A stretch of 64,000 nucleotides of DNA, from positions 6,888 to 70,887 of the forward strand of contig JALVVU010000007.1 of NCBI GenBank assembly GCA_027023255.1. Direction: 5' to 3'. The DNA is from Desulfurococcales archaeon (GTDB lineage: Archaea > Thermoproteota > Thermoprotei_A > Sulfolobales > NBVN01). A program made the translations under genes and the position numbers. Below are positions 46,693 to 56,886 of the stretch, one piece after another (within the stretch, counting starts at the first letter, position 1; every line of letters begins with the position of its first letter). The notes under the pieces were generated by a model that ran no database searches, had not been told where the DNA came from, and was given only the letters and a program-made list of their open reading frames with translations.

Positions 46693-47970
46693 TTGAGTAA
46701 GTTAGAAGTAAGGATCTTGGGAAGCGGTCGTGAGGTAGGTAGGGCGGCCGTAGCCGTTGGTAGGGACGGCCGTTACGTGCTCTTAGATTACGGTGTAAAC
46801 TTTAATGAGAAGGATGAGCCGCAGTTACCACTACACATAAGGCCCGCTGACGTGACAGCTATGGCGGTGACGCACGCACACCTAGACCACATAGGAGCAA
46901 CACCAATGATGTTCACAACCTCCAAGGTGCCGTTAGTAATGACAACCACAACAAAGGAGCTCGGAGAGGTCATGATAAAGGACTTCCTGAAGTTATCTGG
47001 CTACTACCTGCCCTTCGAGGAAATAGACCTTAACACGATGATGGATAATGTAATACTTACTGATTATGGCAGGACACTATGGTTTGAGGACTTCAGTATT
47101 AGGTTAATCAATGCTGGCCATATACCTGGTAGCGCTATGATCTTAGTTGATCTCGATGGGGTTAAGGTGCTGTACACGGGTGACGTTAACACCGTGGACA
47201 CTAGGTTAGTTAAGGGTGCTGACCTTGAGGGAATCACTGCTGACGTGCTGATAATTGAGGGTACCTACGGTAACTCGATACACCCACCGAGGGAGGAGAC
47301 CGAGAAGGAATTCATTGATGCTGTGAGAGAAGTCGTTGACCAAGGAGGTAACGTCCTTGTGCCGGCCTTCAGCTTGGGACGCTCCCAAGAGATACTGGCC
47401 CTGCTTTACGAGAAAATGCCGGACGCCTCGGTGTACTACGACGGCATGATTCGTGTAATAAGCAACATCATCGTGAGTCATCCGGAACACATCAACAGGT
47501 ATGGACTTGTGGCCAAGGCGTTAAGTGAGTTTAGAGCTGTGAGAAACTCTGGGGATAGGCGGAGAATCGTGAAGGGTAAGGGAAACGTCGTGGTGTCGTC
47601 GGCAGGCATGCTTAAGGGTGGACCCGCGCAATACTATATGAAGAAAATCGCTAATGACTCTAAGAACGCAGTATACCTAGTGTCGTACCAGGCGCCGGGA
47701 ACACCTGGTCGTGAACTCCTAGAGACGGGAGTCTTCGGTAATAACGGGGGATTAATGAAGGCTAGGCTAATGTGGTTTGACTTCTCAAGCCATGCCGGGC
47801 AGGACGGGTTACTTAAGCTTGCTAAGCAAGTGAGCGGGCTTAAGAAGATAGTGCTGGTACATAGCGGTGAGGATGTGGGTCAGGAATTTAAGCAGGTGCT
47901 TGAGGACGTTGTTGGCGCTGAGAACGTGTACTTCCCGACCAACGGTGAGGTACTGTCTTTTGATGTGTAA
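46693..47970 (+). CDS. Beta-CASP metallo-beta-lactamase ribonuclease (aCPSF2-like)
   Basis: GSGREVGRAA, THAHLDH, AGHIPGS, EGTYG, AFSLGRSQE and FSSHAG; start set at TTG 46693 (GTG 46681 is the alternative). Confidence 0.88.
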   Translation: MSKLEVRILGSGREVGRAAVAVGRDGRYVLLDYGVNFNEKDEPQLPLHIRPADVTAMAVTHAHLDHIGATPMMFTTSKVPLVMTTTTKELGEVMIKDFLKLSGYYLPFEEIDLNTMMDNVILTDYGRTLWFEDFSIRLINAGHIPGSAMILVDLDGVKVLYTGDVNTVDTRLVKGADLEGITADVLIIEGTYGNSIHPPREETEKEFIDAVREVVDQGGNVLVPAFSLGRSQEILALLYEKMPDASVYYDGMIRVISNIIVSHPEHINRYGLVAKALSEFRAVRNSGDRRRIVKGKGNVVVSSAGMLKGGPAQYYMKKIANDSKNAVYLVSYQAPGTPGRELLETGVFGNNGGLMKARLMWFDFSSHAGQDGLLKLAKQVSGLKKIVLVHSGEDVGQEFKQVLEDVVGAENVYFPTNGEVLSFDV

Positions 47971-48009
47971 TGCTGGTTAACCCACCATGGTTTCCGGGAA
48001 TGAGTTGTG

Positions 48010-48312
48010 TTAAGTGCATTGAACTTCCTTTAACCTCTCCATTACGTAGTCAGTATCCGCATTCCTGACTAGAATCACTTTTTCACGGCTAGTGAAGCCA
48101 GAAACCATCGATACAGATTTCTTGAGGAGCTTTTTCAGAAACTTCACGAGTTCGTTGTTGGCCTTACCCTTAACGGGCGGGCTTTTCAACCTAATCACTA
48201 TTCCTTCATAGCCGGGTTCTACGCATTGGCTCCTCGAGTTAGGCACCACTGATAACTTAATCAAGATGCCCTCTGAGTCCTTGACCACGAATTCCTCACT
48301 CCTTCCAGGCAT
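48010..48312 (-). CDS. DUF167/YggU-family protein
   Basis: VVPNS, SPPVKGKANNEL and GFTSREK. Confidence 0.88.
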   Translation of the reverse strand: MPGRSEEFVVKDSEGILIKLSVVPNSRSQCVEPGYEGIVIRLKSPPVKGKANNELVKFLKKLLKKSVSMVSGFTSREKVILVRNADTDYVMERLKEVQCT

Positions 48313-48377
48313 GATTAGTACGCCACGAGCAGTATTAGTAACTTAGGCACTATTAATTTAAGTGGGAGGGTCGAGAA

Positions 48378-49328
48378 GTGTCTTCCGCTGTGACACTGAG
48401 TGAGTACATCATGAGTGAATTATCGTTAATTCAAAAGGTGGTTAGAGATCAGCTCAAGTTCCTCAAAGAGCTAGAGAGGCCTTCGTTAAGGAGAGGGTTA
48501 GTTACGGGTGCGGGTGACTCCCACGCAGCATCGATTTTCGCGCAACTCGTCAGTAGGCATAGTTTTCTGGCAGTTGACCCCTACGAACTTAGGCTTAAGA
48601 CCCCATTCGTTGGTGAGGGCGACCTAGTAGCAATATCAGTTAAGGGCAGGACGCGGGAGGTCGTTAAGGTTGCGGAGGCGTTACGTGGTAGGGGATGGAG
48701 GGTAATCTCCGTAACAGCTGATGAGGGATCACCCTTAGCTAGGGTCTCGGATGTTGTGATAAAGCTAGTGTATGGCGGTGGTGCCCTACCCGTCGGAATA
48801 GGTAATTTCGCGGCAGTCCTAGCTGCATTATCGTGGTTATTTGAGGGTGACACACAACCTCCAGAGATATGTGAAGTAAAACGTGGGGATCACACACTAC
48901 TTGAGTGCAGGGACGTTGTTACTGTTGGAGAGGACATTGGGGTTGTGTCTGCTTACTTCACATGTTTAAAGCTTCATGAAGTGCTCTGCATGCCATGCAG
49001 GTATTATAGCATCGAGCAGTTCCTCCACGCCATACTTTACTCCTTAAGCCCGTCCTCCCTCGTAATAATCTTCCCAGGGAAGGAGAGGAGGAAGAGCATA
49101 CAGCTAAGTAAGATCTTAGAGACCGCGAACATACCCTACATCTACGTGAACCCGCCCACCACTGACACACACTTGAGCCTAGTCTTAAGCGAGATTATAT
49201 GGGGACTAAGTACTATTATGAACGCTGTTAGGAGAAAGGGGCTTAAAGAGCCTTGCTTCATGAGTAGAAAGGATTTACTAACGCTCTCCACACCTATGAT
49301 CTACGGATGTGAAAGTACCCTTGAGTAG
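48378..49328 (+). CDS. Double SIS-domain sugar-phosphate isomerase/deglycase-like protein
   Basis: TGAGDSHAA, AISVKGRT, SPLARVSD and EQFLH. Confidence 0.75.
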   Translation: MSSAVTLSEYIMSELSLIQKVVRDQLKFLKELERPSLRRGLVTGAGDSHAASIFAQLVSRHSFLAVDPYELRLKTPFVGEGDLVAISVKGRTREVVKVAEALRGRGWRVISVTADEGSPLARVSDVVIKLVYGGGALPVGIGNFAAVLAALSWLFEGDTQPPEICEVKRGDHTLLECRDVVTVGEDIGVVSAYFTCLKLHEVLCMPCRYYSIEQFLHAILYSLSPSSLVIIFPGKERRKSIQLSKILETANIPYIYVNPPTTDTHLSLVLSEIIWGLSTIMNAVRRKGLKEPCFMSRKDLLTLSTPMIYGCESTLE

Positions 49329-49614
49329 CTCTAACGTCCTTGCGGAGGTTTTGAACTTACTGTGTTCTAAGGGAGCCATAACTATTGGAGAGATTGTTAG
49401 GAGGGTAGGCGTTCCGCGGAGTACCGCGGTGCAGATCATTCACGTGTTACTAGCGGAGGGAATGATAGTTAAGGCGGGCACGTGTGATGCATGTAGTGGT
49501 TGCCCGCTCAGAGATTTCTGCGGCTCACCACGTTCACACCCTACTGAAGTGTACGTCCTGACGGTTAGGGGGTTAAGGGTCTGCTCACGACATAAGAGTA
49601 AACACCGAGCTTAG
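49309..49614 (+). CDS. FeoC-like winged-helix protein with Cys cluster
   Basis: wHTH followed by CDACSGCPLRDFC. Confidence 0.65.
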   Translation: MKVPLSSSNVLAEVLNLLCSKGAITIGEIVRRVGVPRSTAVQIIHVLLAEGMIVKAGTCDACSGCPLRDFCGSPRSHPTEVYVLTVRGLRVCSRHKSKHRA

Positions 49615-49628
49615 GGAGTAACTCAATG

Positions 49629-49729
49629 TGGTGGGGCCGCGGGGATTTGAACCCCGGACCACGGGGACTTCCGCCGTCCGTGTGGGGTGGACCCGAACCC
49701 CGCATTCTCCCAAGCTAAACTACGGCCCC
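49629..49729 (-). tRNA. tRNA-Pro(CGG) with 24-nt intron at 37/38 (49668-49691); CCA encoded
   Basis: CGGGG TT CGG G|intron|T CCCCG; BHB central helix UUCG/CGGA. Confidence 0.95.
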
Positions 49730-49846
49730 ACCATCTCCGCAGTAACCTCATTACTCTGGGGTTTATTTTTATTTCTGGTTCATCGCCGCGTAAGTGGCGT
49801 AACACACTCCTTTTTAGCGGTGTGAAGACTAGTTACTCCAGAAGAG

Positions 49847-51010
49847 GTGGGTACTGTGGATGCTACAGCGAAGCTTAGGAGGTTCCTGGACAGACTTCAA
49901 TCACCGTTTGTGGGCAGGGAGGAGGAAGCTAAGGTGATAGTGTTAACTCTCCTTTCCCGTGAGCATGCCGTCCTAATAGGTGAGCCAGGGACCGCTAAGT
50001 CTGCCTTAGTTAGGCGAGCTGCTGAGCTTCTCAACGCTAAGTTCTTTAAGTACCTCTTGACGAGGTTTACCGAACCTGCAGAGCTATTCGGTCCTTTAGA
50101 TATAAAGTTACTGGAGGAAGGAAGGTACGTTAGGCTTACTCAGGGTAAGCTTCCGGAAGCTGACATAGCGTTCCTAGATGAAATCTTTAAGGCTAATTCC
50201 GCAATTCTCAATGCGCTTAACTCTCTCCTACAGGAGAGAGTGCTATACGACGGCTTCACGGAGATGGACGTGCCGCTCTGGTCGCTCTTCGGCGCCAGCA
50301 ATGAAGTACCTGACGATCCTGAGGTCGAGGCACTTTACGATAGGTTCACGGTGAGGCACTTCGTAAGGCCTGTACCCGAGGATCTCTGGAGTGACTTACT
50401 GCTTAAGTCATGGGAATTTGAGAGAGCCATGTACTTTAGAGGAGGTCTTGATGGATCAAGCGTGATGAGCATCACTGACTTGAGGGCACTTCATGAGAAA
50501 GTGCTTAACGTGGATCTGGAGCCTATTAAGGGGAAGCTCGTCAAGCTATTCGCGGTTTTCGAGAGTCGAGGCGTGAAGGTCACCGACAGGAGGAAGGGCA
50601 AGTCCTTAAAGCTAATTGCCGCGAACGCAGTCCTCGAAGGCAGAGATTACGCTGATGAGCGTGACCTTATAGTGCTTAAGTACGTGATACCAAGGGATTG
50701 GGACGAGCTTGATAAGGTAAACATGATTCTCTCAGAAGAGTTGAAAACACCTTATAAGTACCTCAAGGAGTTGGAGGAAATCAGAAATAACGTGAGGGAA
50801 GTCATGAACTACGTAATATCACTTCAAGGCGTGAATAGTAGGTACCTAACCTCACGCTTCAAACTAATCCTCAAGGACCTAGAGGTAACTAAGGAGAAGG
50901 TGCGCAGCATGATGAATGAATGTAGCGACGCAAGAGTACGTAAGGTTGCTGAGGACGTGATCACCCTGATAAGTGATGTGGAGAGAGCAATTAGTAGGAG
51001 GATAAAGTAA
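49847..51010 (+). CDS. MoxR AAA+ ATPase, RavA-like
   Basis: GEPGTAKS, LLTRFTEPAELFGP, FLDEIFKANSAILN and ALYDRF. Confidence 0.9.
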   Translation: MGTVDATAKLRRFLDRLQSPFVGREEEAKVIVLTLLSREHAVLIGEPGTAKSALVRRAAELLNAKFFKYLLTRFTEPAELFGPLDIKLLEEGRYVRLTQGKLPEADIAFLDEIFKANSAILNALNSLLQERVLYDGFTEMDVPLWSLFGASNEVPDDPEVEALYDRFTVRHFVRPVPEDLWSDLLLKSWEFERAMYFRGGLDGSSVMSITDLRALHEKVLNVDLEPIKGKLVKLFAVFESRGVKVTDRRKGKSLKLIAANAVLEGRDYADERDLIVLKYVIPRDWDELDKVNMILSEELKTPYKYLKELEEIRNNVREVMNYVISLQGVNSRYLTSRFKLILKDLEVTKEKVRSMMNECSDARVRKVAEDVITLISDVERAISRRIK

Positions 51011-51013
51011 GTT

Positions 51014-52291
51014 ATGCCGGCCCTCATCCGCGGGATTAAGCACGACGACCCCGTCGCTATCTATAGAGGTGAGAAGGTTCTCTCAGTCTCCAAGAGGCTA
51101 GGCAGGGTATGTACCGCCCTAGGTAACTTGGACTTCGCTATAGATATGTTCTACGCCCTCTACCTGCCGTACCCCATACTTCTCCCCGCCCAAGATGTTG
51201 CGGGGGAGAGCGAACTCTCGTACCGCATACTGAAATCGATTATGGAGTCAGAGGACTTCCAACACCTGCGGCTTTCAACGATAGCGAACTCCACAATAAG
51301 CACATTGGTTTCAGCTTCATTCATAGATACCTTAAGCAGGGAACTCTCCAAGGAAGGGCTACTGCTTGATAAGGAGCAAGCCGAGGCCAGCGTATCTGAG
51401 CCCTCACTAAATGCTGTGGTGAGGAGGGCATTGAGGCAAGTTGCTAAGGAAGCACATAGTATTAAGAAATTACAGCAATTAGTGGCTTTTGGAACGCAGA
51501 CAGGGACGGGGTCGGTATTTGACCTTGAGGAGCGTGGAGATGACGTAATCAGGCTTGCTAGGAACGCTGACGTGCAGAAGCTTCTTGAGGTGCTCTCCCT
51601 ACTCCCTAAGATAGCTAGGAAAGTTAGGCGTAAGGTCATGCCGTTCAGCAGGGGTGAGCTCAGGGGCTATGACATAGGTAGCGACTTAGAGAGAATAGTC
51701 CCGACAGAACTGGCCTTACCGAAACTCCTCTTCAGGATTAAATATATCGAGTCTAAGCTTCTACTTTACGAGAAATTAATACCGAAGGACATAGGGCCCC
51801 TCTACGTCCTCGTGGATAAGTCCGGCAGCATGGAGGGCAAGAAAATTAGGTGGGCAAAAGCCACCGCCTTAGCCTTACTGATTAAGGCTAGGCGTGAGGG
51901 CAGGGACTTCTTTCTGAGGTTCTTTGATGGAATACCACACGCACTTACGTGCGTCCCTAAGCGCATGAGATCTGACGAAGTAATTGACCTCTTAAAGTAT
52001 CTCTCTAGAGTCAAAAGCGGTGGCGGGACAGACATCACTAAAGCCGTCGCAACAGCGTGTGATGACCTTAGGGGTCCTAAGGTTAGGGGAGTTGCGGACG
52101 TGATACTCATAACTGATGGGGAGGACAACATATCCGACCTCCTTATTACGAGAAAACTTAGGTCTGCTAACGCTAGATTAGTTACGGTAATGGTTATGGG
52201 TGAGAACAGGAGCTTAAAGAACGTCAGTGACTCTTACTTGCGGGTGACCAAGCTAGACGAGGACGATATCCTAAGAGTTGTTGAGGCGTGA
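51014..52291 (+). CDS. vWA-domain protein, ViaA-like
   Basis: MIDAS residues DKSGSM, GGTD and ITDGE; 3 nt downstream of the MoxR gene. Confidence 0.88.
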   Translation: MPALIRGIKHDDPVAIYRGEKVLSVSKRLGRVCTALGNLDFAIDMFYALYLPYPILLPAQDVAGESELSYRILKSIMESEDFQHLRLSTIANSTISTLVSASFIDTLSRELSKEGLLLDKEQAEASVSEPSLNAVVRRALRQVAKEAHSIKKLQQLVAFGTQTGTGSVFDLEERGDDVIRLARNADVQKLLEVLSLLPKIARKVRRKVMPFSRGELRGYDIGSDLERIVPTELALPKLLFRIKYIESKLLLYEKLIPKDIGPLYVLVDKSGSMEGKKIRWAKATALALLIKARREGRDFFLRFFDGIPHALTCVPKRMRSDEVIDLLKYLSRVKSGGGTDITKAVATACDDLRGPKVRGVADVILITDGEDNISDLLITRKLRSANARLVTVMVMGENRSLKNVSDSYLRVTKLDEDDILRVVEA

Positions 52292-53060
52292 CGTAAAACG
52301 GTATTCTACCGTTCAGGTAATCACGTATGACAGCCTTAGCGGATTCCTGGATTATGGGTTCCTTGTCCTTCCGGTACACCCATCCCCGCATTAAGGCTAA
52401 CTCACGCAGTATCGTATCGGGGTTAGTGCTTGATATACCGTAGGCTTCCTTGAAGGCGTTTGGACTGTACTTAAGTATCTTTCTTATCAGCTCCACGGCC
52501 ATGGCCACAGGGTTTTCTAGGGAATCAACGGGTTTCTCGCGAATCTTACTTTCGATACCTCCACCCTCCGGAGGCACCAGCCCGGGAGTGTCTATTAGGT
52601 AGACACCCTCACCTATCCTGAAGGTTTGTGCGCGCTTCGTGTATCCAGGGGACCCTGGGTACGGAGACGTAGAGGCTGAGTGCCTCCCCTTCAGCGTGTT
52701 AATCAGTGTTGACTTACCTACCTTCGGGATGCCGAATATGCCGGCAGTGAGGGGCGATTTATTCTTAACAACGCGTTTAAGTACACGCCTAAGTACTAGG
52801 GTACCCATCCTTTTCTGCGCGGATATGAACACTGCCGGGTAACCCTCATCCTCGAAGTACCTTTTCCACTCCTTACTTACGGATATAGGCACTAGGTCAG
52901 CTTTGTTGAGCACTATTATTAAGGGTACACCGGATCTCTCCGCAAGCTTCTCTAACCTTCTGCTTCTCGTGGATATAGGATCCCTAATGTCAACTAACTC
53001 CAACGCAGCATCAACCGTTAGTAGTAGCTCCCTTATCAGCCTCCAGTTAGCTAGCTGCAT
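52224..53060 (-). CDS. Circularly permuted ribosome-biogenesis GTPase (YlqF/RbgA family)
   Basis: Order NKAD - ISA - GIPKVGKST - DTPG. Confidence 0.88.
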   Translation of the reverse strand: MQLANWRLIRELLLTVDAALELVDIRDPISTRSRRLEKLAERSGVPLIIVLNKADLVPISVSKEWKRYFEDEGYPAVFISAQKRMGTLVLRRVLKRVVKNKSPLTAGIFGIPKVGKSTLINTLKGRHSASTSPYPGSPGYTKRAQTFRIGEGVYLIDTPGLVPPEGGGIESKIREKPVDSLENPVAMAVELIRKILKYSPNAFKEAYGISSTNPDTILRELALMRGWVYRKDKEPIIQESAKAVIRDYLNGRIPFYVTPQQLLGYRPRLAWSPASKSH

Positions 53061-53093
53061 TACAGTACCCCGTCCATCTTCACTACAACCTTA

Positions 53094-54464
53094 TTAGGGC
53101 TTCCTAAGACCACGCTGAAACCTTTCAAACAACTTGACATCGTCAACATATTTCTCAATCCCCTTAGCAGAGTTCAGCAAGACGTAAATCTCCCAGGAAC
53201 GCAGGGATGGGCAAACATAGCACCCGGTCCTGTAGAATCCTTCCCAGTAAAGCGGGTTTTCAGGTAGGCCTATTAACTGATTGAAGACCTGGACAGATAT
53301 TGTGGACCAATGCTTAATCGGGTATAGGTACGTGAACCGGCCCTCGCGCCTAGCGTAGGGAGCGTGTGACCTCCCTCTGGATTCAACTTCCCTATCACCT
53401 ACAACCACGGTGACGGTACCGTGTAGTCCCTCAAGGAACTCCTTAAGGGCTTTCTGCTTTAACTTCGTGCACCATCGATTATCGTGAGTTGGGAAAGGTT
53501 CCCGACCTTCACGCAGGAAAGTGCCTACAGGGGCTTCCACAGTAACTAAACGTACACTTAGTTCCTTAGCAAGTTTCTCCGCAACTTCCCTATTGCTTAT
53601 GAAGTCCACCCCCGTATCAACATATACTGCCGTGACGTTCTTACTGCCGAACGCACTAACAGCCAGGGCTAACGATGCTGCACTGTCCTTTCCTCCCGAT
53701 ACAGGCACCACTACGTTATCCGGGTCTCCGCTCAGGCTCCGTAAGTACCTTACTGATATCTCCTTCATGACCTCCATAACTTCCTTATTGCCCTCAGCAA
53801 CCTTCGTAAGGTCAACTCCCTCGAGACGATCTACTTCAGCCTTACGTTCTTCCAATACAGTTACAGGTTGGTCAAGGTCATCACTGAACCTTATTCTGAA
53901 AGCAGGCTCCTCCTTAACAAATACTATGTGTTCTCCCGCCCACCTCCTGACTAGCAGTAATGAACCACGTACCTCCTTACCTAGTACCTTAGACAGCTTC
54001 CTTACGCCATCCCCGTAGATTAGGAAAGGATCACTAACCTCGTCCTTAGGATATGGTAGGTCACAGCATCCTTCACATTTCCCTATCCTGTAGACCCGGT
54101 GTCTTGGATCCCAGGTCACCCTACTCCGGATTATTGATTTCCCCGTATTGACGGCGCTGATTATTTCATGTTGCCGTGCGTTCCTTACCTTTCTCTTGTT
54201 CATTACCACGACCGTTGCTAGCGGGGACATGTATGGGCACGTGATGTCCCCCGCAATATCCTCCCTGCCTAGCAGAGCGACTATGTATGCGTTTCTCTTG
54301 CTTAGTTCCTCACATAATGCTTCAAGTAACCTGCTTCCGCGAAGGCCTCCTAAACTGATTATTTCGTAGCCTTCCGCCCCGTAAAACTTAGCTAGTGCGT
54401 GTTTGACTGCTGACGCATCACTTCGGGAGCGCACGATTATCTTGAGCATTAATGCATCACACAC
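53094..54464 (-). CDS. PAPS-reductase-family PP-loop protein with long N-terminal extension
   Basis: SGGKDS, VDTG, RWCTKLK, GDREVES and RTGCYVCP. Confidence 0.8.
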   Translation of the reverse strand: MCDALMLKIIVRSRSDASAVKHALAKFYGAEGYEIISLGGLRGSRLLEALCEELSKRNAYIVALLGREDIAGDITCPYMSPLATVVVMNKRKVRNARQHEIISAVNTGKSIIRSRVTWDPRHRVYRIGKCEGCCDLPYPKDEVSDPFLIYGDGVRKLSKVLGKEVRGSLLLVRRWAGEHIVFVKEEPAFRIRFSDDLDQPVTVLEERKAEVDRLEGVDLTKVAEGNKEVMEVMKEISVRYLRSLSGDPDNVVVPVSGGKDSAASLALAVSAFGSKNVTAVYVDTGVDFISNREVAEKLAKELSVRLVTVEAPVGTFLREGREPFPTHDNRWCTKLKQKALKEFLEGLHGTVTVVVGDREVESRGRSHAPYARREGRFTYLYPIKHWSTISVQVFNQLIGLPENPLYWEGFYRTGCYVCPSLRSWEIYVLLNSAKGIEKYVDDVKLFERFQRGLRKP

Positions 54465-55296
54465 CCTTCCCCAACGTTATCGCTACAGCCTCAGCAACCC
54501 TCCTCAGTGATTTAGGTAGTGATGGACCATAATGCGATAACGTGTTGTGCTCCAGCAACACCACCCTGTTCCTGCGTACGGCGTTGATGTGCGTTAATCC
54601 TGCAGCCTCAAACCTCTTGAGAACTAACCTCAGGTCCGGTTTCACCTCACTACCCGACTCAACGATTATTACATCCGGATCCCTTTCCGCTACTAAGTCA
54701 TAGTTAGGGGTTACGTAGGAGCTTTTGATGTCATGCATTATGTTTTCTAAGTTAATGAAGCGTAATGCATGATCCACGAACGTATGTGCCCCTATAGTTA
54801 CGGGTCCACCGAGATCAACCTCGTAGTACGCCCGCATCTTAGCCCAGGGTGTTTTAATGCTATGTAGTTCCTCATTTATCTTCTCGGCTAGCTCCCTCCC
54901 TTCATCAACCCTCCCGACAACCATGCTGGTAGTTATGACTAAGTCAATCACACCATACACGCTTACCGGTAGCGGTATTGGGAAATACCTCACCTTAGCG
55001 GCCTCTAGCGATGAGTATATGGTGCGTTGCGCACCAGTAGTTACGAGTACGAGATCCGGGTCGAGAAGCTTAAGGAGTTTAAGGTTAACGTCTAGGTAAG
55101 CGCCAACTTTCGGTTTACTCCTTGCCTCAGGTGGCTTACTACAGTACCTGCTGACGCCGACGACACTATCTCCCAGGCCAATCATGAAGAGCGTCTCCGT
55201 TATTGCTGGGGCTAACGACACTATTTTCTTGGGCTCATCAGGGACGGTTACCCAGCGTGAGAGGACTTCGCTGTACACCCGCATCCGCACACCCAC
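54457..55296 (-). CDS. BtuF-like cobalamin/metal-binding protein (no obvious signal peptide)
   Basis: KIVSLAPAITETLF, VVGVSRYC and HYGPSL. Confidence 0.82.
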   Translation of the reverse strand: MGVRMRVYSEVLSRWVTVPDEPKKIVSLAPAITETLFMIGLGDSVVGVSRYCSKPPEARSKPKVGAYLDVNLKLLKLLDPDLVLVTTGAQRTIYSSLEAAKVRYFPIPLPVSVYGVIDLVITTSMVVGRVDEGRELAEKINEELHSIKTPWAKMRAYYEVDLGGPVTIGAHTFVDHALRFINLENIMHDIKSSYVTPNYDLVAERDPDVIIVESGSEVKPDLRLVLKRFEAAGLTHINAVRRNRVVLLEHNTLSHYGPSLPKSLRRVAEAVAITLGKGV

Positions 55297-55358
55297 CTCG
55301 GACTTGACTGAGTTAATTCAGTTATAACCCTAAAAATGATAGTAATCTTGCGTGGTTG

Positions 55359-55408
55359 ATGATGAGAGCGCTCTTCGATGATTCGATGATTAGAAGTCCC
55401 ATTGCTGA
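55359..55408 (+). ncRNA. C/D-box guide sRNA
   Basis: ATGATGA-GAGCGCTCTTCG-ATGA-TTCG-ATGATTA-GAAGTCCCATTG-CTGA; canonical 12-nt guides in an intergenic position. Confidence 0.8.
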
Positions 55409-55450
55409 TTTCTTTACGACATGCTTTAGTCTATTGAGAGAAGCGATGCT

Positions 55451-56830
55451 TTAAGGTTCCTGCCCTTTCTTGACAAACTTGTATCTCTCGTAGAGTAGCT
55501 CCACGCGCCCGTCTTTTATCTCGAATATTACTGGCACTTTGGAACCGTAGTACCCTATAGTGTAGAATTCTGCGTAGTCCTCACTTACCTTGACTGGTAC
55601 TAGCGGCGATGGCACGCCCTCAAACTCGCTTATCTCCTCCACTGCTAGGAAGTTACCTAGCCTGAATACCTTAACCCTCATCGTGCCTTTGAACGCTTCG
55701 TACACGCCAATTAGTTTCGAGTATGTCTCTTCTTCCTGTATGAACGGTAATTTCTTGGGGTCTCTTCCCGTGAGGTGCATGAGTGCGTACATACCTATCT
55801 TTGAGGGTGGGTACCCGGAAGCGTTGGATAGCACTGCAACGCCTACTCTCTTACTGGGTATGAAGCCTATGTACGCGGTGTATACTAGCACGGAGCCACC
55901 GTGCCCTATTAGTGTTCCGCCTGGGAAGTTGGGGTGTATCATTAAACCATATCCGTACGCGTCTCCTCCGAATATCTCGAAGTTTAACTTGATGTATGGC
56001 TTCCACATAAGCTCTAAGAGTTCCTTTGATACGATTTCCTTACCTTCAAATACTCCATCATTTAGGTACATCTTAATGTAGTTCGCTAGATCCAGCACGT
56101 TGCTCAGAAGCCCACCGTCAGCCTCTATTCCATATGGGAAACGACTGGGTCTTAGCTCGCCGTCCTTCATTATTATGTAGGGCGTAGCCACGTCTGGATC
56201 GCTTGCTACGCGCTCCTTAGTGAAGTATGACCTCGCCATCTTAAGGTGCTTCAGGATATTCTCCCTCACGTACTCCCGGTAAGGCATGCCTGTTACCGAC
56301 TCGATGATCTTGCCTAGGAGCACATACCCCTCATTGAGGTAGAAGAACCTGCTTCCCGGCTTAGCGACAGCCCACTTACTCGCTCCCTCCATGAAAGGTA
56401 TTATGTCCTCTGGCTTAGCTATGGGCAACCACTCACGCTTCGAGCCCAGTAACCCGCTTATTAATGCTTCCGCATACCCGAGCGCCGGTATGCCGGACGA
56501 GTGCGTTAGTAAATGATGGATGGTTACCTTACTTTCATGATGGTCTATATCCACATCAACGTAGTTAGTTACGGGATCATCCAGCGAGACCTTACCCTCG
56601 CTGACTAGTTGAAGTATTGCTAGGGCTGTGAAGGACTTCGTTATTGAGCCTATGCCGTAGATTGTTCTGGGGGTGGCTGGCTTCGTTGCCTCCACGTCCC
56701 TAAAGCCGAATCCCTTAGCGTAGATTACTTCATCATCACGTATTAGGGCTATACTTAATCCTGGTGTGCGGGTCTCAGCCATTTTCTTAATTATAAATGA
56801 GTTGAGTGCGCGGAAGGATTCTTGACTCAA
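55451..56830 (-). CDS. Serine hydrolase of the beta-lactamase/Pab87 peptidase family
   Basis: SITK (SxxK), LLTHSSG, YLN and HGG motifs; C-terminal beta domain. Confidence 0.88.
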   Translation of the reverse strand: MSQESFRALNSFIIKKMAETRTPGLSIALIRDDEVIYAKGFGFRDVEATKPATPRTIYGIGSITKSFTALAILQLVSEGKVSLDDPVTNYVDVDIDHHESKVTIHHLLTHSSGIPALGYAEALISGLLGSKREWLPIAKPEDIIPFMEGASKWAVAKPGSRFFYLNEGYVLLGKIIESVTGMPYREYVRENILKHLKMARSYFTKERVASDPDVATPYIIMKDGELRPSRFPYGIEADGGLLSNVLDLANYIKMYLNDGVFEGKEIVSKELLELMWKPYIKLNFEIFGGDAYGYGLMIHPNFPGGTLIGHGGSVLVYTAYIGFIPSKRVGVAVLSNASGYPPSKIGMYALMHLTGRDPKKLPFIQEEETYSKLIGVYEAFKGTMRVKVFRLGNFLAVEEISEFEGVPSPLVPVKVSEDYAEFYTIGYYGSKVPVIFEIKDGRVELLYERYKFVKKGQEP

Positions 56831-56886
56831 TTTTGTTGCCCTTTGAATTACTTCTGAATATCTTAGAAAATTCTTCCGCTAATTAC

